NCBI GenBank assembly: GCA_013115145.1 | Contig: JAAPAO010000111.1 | Coordinates: forward strand, 10,341-74,340 | DNA: 64,000 nucleotides | Direction: 5' to 3' | Source of the DNA: Perkinsus chesapeaki ATCC PRA-425 | Lineage: Eukaryota > Protista > Perkinsozoa | Part shown: positions 62,100-64,000 of the stretch, piece by piece | Numbering within the stretch: position 1 is the first letter of the stretch | Layout of the letters: each line of letters starts with the position of its first letter | The notes under the pieces: generated by a model | What the model was told of the DNA's origin: nothing | Databases searched by the model: none | Seen by the model: only the letters and a program-made list of their open reading frames with translations | Translations under genes and position numbers: made by a program

Positions 62100-63093
62100 G
62101 GTCTTGCAAGATTCTCTCGAGGTTGGTTTCCTGCCCACTGGTAATTGACGTATAATCTCAGCGTGTAGATGTTCAATAAATTAATCCAACCCTTCCTAGA
62201 AGTTATATTCAGCTCCATAGGACCATTCCAACACAGCTTGACCCACAGTCAACCACTCGACCGGATCTCATTCAACGAAGACAGTTACACGGCATCTCCA
62301 AAACCGACAACGATCCCAGAATCCTGGCCTTTGCTCAAAGACTTCTCTTACAGGTTAAACAAACTCCGAAAATGATTATCCGAATACAGCAGAGGGATCC
62401 TGAGCTTCACAATCGGCTCACTTTAGGCAACCTCTATCACACACAGGGCGAGACTCCACATTAGACGAGCGATACGTGGGACAAAATGATAAAGATATAA
62501 AAACTGGAAATGGCTCGTTGAGAGGAGTAGTACCCAGGTTTGGGAATGGTTTTAGAAAGTTCAGAAGCTTCCTATAATGAATGCTACCCGAAAGCGACAG
62601 TGAAACTCACTAACAAGCCAACGTGATCGAATCCTGGCGTGCGCGATTTACGTGGAAGTGCGCAAGATCATCATCACCATTTGGCATCACAGCTGCTGTC
62701 TACTATTGAATGTCCGAGGTAATAGCGTCTATCATGTAGTAGTGTATCCCCGATAAGGTAAAAGAATCAAAAACTAAGTCGTTCGAGGAAGCTCTCGAGA
62801 AATTTGAGGAGTTCAAAGAGAGACGGCAATCCCTCGATTCTGGTGGACAACGCAGCCCCCCTATCGAACAGCATATCTTCATTTAGACGGCAATGAGCCG
62901 ACGATGTATAAAAGGCAAGAGGGCCGCAGTATGACCATATCCGTGGAGCAAGGCCTACCACCGCGCACAACAGCCAAGCGTAAATAAGAATAATAATATA
63001 AAGCAAATACAATGCAAAGACTATCAGGTCAAGAACGCCGATGTCAAACACTGCCGGATGTATGTGGTCACCGTAGGGGGGATGCTGAGGCAT
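62100..63093 (-). CDS. Possible hypothetical gene upstream of SLU7
   Basis: Protein-like ORF segments (LPSLFELLKFLESFLERLSF; FIEHLHAEIIRQLPVGRKP); splicing unresolved. Confidence 0.25.
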
Positions 63094-63262
63094 CTGATGA
63101 GATACTGCGTATCATACAGGAGAAGCAGGAGGATGTAGCTATATAGTGATTAAGGTTGATAGTGACTGCTTGTATGGCAGCTTAAAAGACGTATAAGACG
63201 AGGGTCACTCTTTTTTGGGACTATAACGGAAGAGCACTATAAAGCATTCTGGCACCATCGCT

Positions 63263-63860
63263 GTGTTGTACGCATTGAGCCTGGTGCTTGGTGTCTCTAG
63301 GACAGTTGGTCAGGTACATGTCCATGGTAAGTTGCATAAATCTGATATACCCTTCAAAGAGAGGGAAGTGTTCCACGTTGGCTCTATGTCCTTGGATGAT
63401 GTTGCTAACACTATGGGTAAGCATTACCTCGCTGAGCAACAAGGAGGAACAATTTCCAGGTTTGTCGTTCTCGTGCATAAAAGGATTCAAGGGCGAGGGA
63501 GATAACATACCCAATCAGGACAACTTCTCTGTTACTAGATTGGAAAACGGTTGGGACATTATTTGCGTAACCACAAGGTTGTGGGTTCGATCCCCGGTGA
63601 AGACACTTGTTGTTTAGGTGATGGATGGTCATGGACCCAATGGACATCTAGCAAGCTATCGTGCAGTAAAGTCCTTGCCCTACTATATTGCCCACAGTGA
63701 TATCCTTGAGCCTCGTCTCATGGACAAGTATACAAGAGGCTACGACCTTAGGCTGATCCGTAGCCATACCTCCTCCATTAGGTGTTTGCACCAGGCATTC
63801 CAGCTCACTCATCAGGATATGCTCGGACATGCTTTGGCGAATGATTACGAGGTAGGGTGG
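63263..63860 (+). CDS. PP2C/PPM-family protein phosphatase, partial (continues past the window end; start uncertain)
   Basis: Spliced: ...DDVANTM|GLSFSCIKGFKGEGDNIPNQDNFSVTRLENGWDIIC|VMDGHGPNGHLASYRAVKSLP...MDK|CLHQAFQLTHQDML, giving PP2C motifs 1-2 (NQD, DGHG). Confidence 0.9.
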
Positions 63861-63894
63861 TAACCATCTTAAATCTTAGTTATACTATTATTAT

Positions 63895-64000
63895 ATACGG
63901 TATTAACGATATATTAATAATGTACAGTAATAATGTTATATTAATAATGTCCAGTAATAATGTTATATTAATAATGTACAGTAATAATGTTATATTAATA
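63895..64000. repeat. 27-bp AT-rich tandem repeat in a PP2C intron
   Basis: Unit attaataatgtacagtaataatgttat repeated about 3.5 times to the window end. Confidence 0.85.

Noticed and set aside
63758-63767. Spliced-leader relic (ccgtagccat matches part of the Perkinsus/dinoflagellate SL)
   Set aside because: Only 10 nt match, it lies inside a PP2C intron, and it is not upstream of a start codon; consistent with chance.

Overview
Eukaryotic, intron-dense, gene-compact genomic DNA. The short (about 40-60 nt) GT-AG introns, alveolate-type gene families and intronless secreted-protein families point to a Perkinsus-like myzozoan; this is inference, not a database match. I reconstructed most genes by hand-splicing, so many outer boundaries are approximate. 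Recognisable genes are RPL15, an OHA + OST-HTH/LOTUS protein, a LITAF-domain membrane protein, SRP receptor beta, PRP40, a kanadaptin-like FHA protein, a large ARM-like gene, an SSX2IP-like coiled-coil gene, fumarylacetoacetase, a Tctex-1 dynein light chain, SLU7 and a PP2C (partial). There are four intronless secreted-protein genes, two minisatellites each containing an assembly gap, and several interlocked hairpins. The most notable object is a gene of about 5.8 kb (9298 to about 15140, minus strand). Unspliced it resembles a decayed retroelement. Spliced it gives an RIIa/Dpy-30-like docking module followed by at least three tandem phosphagen-kinase-like domains that lack the canonical catalytic motifs. 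It lies between two paralogous secreted-protein genes. No rRNA, complete tRNA, CRISPR array or intact transposon was found.
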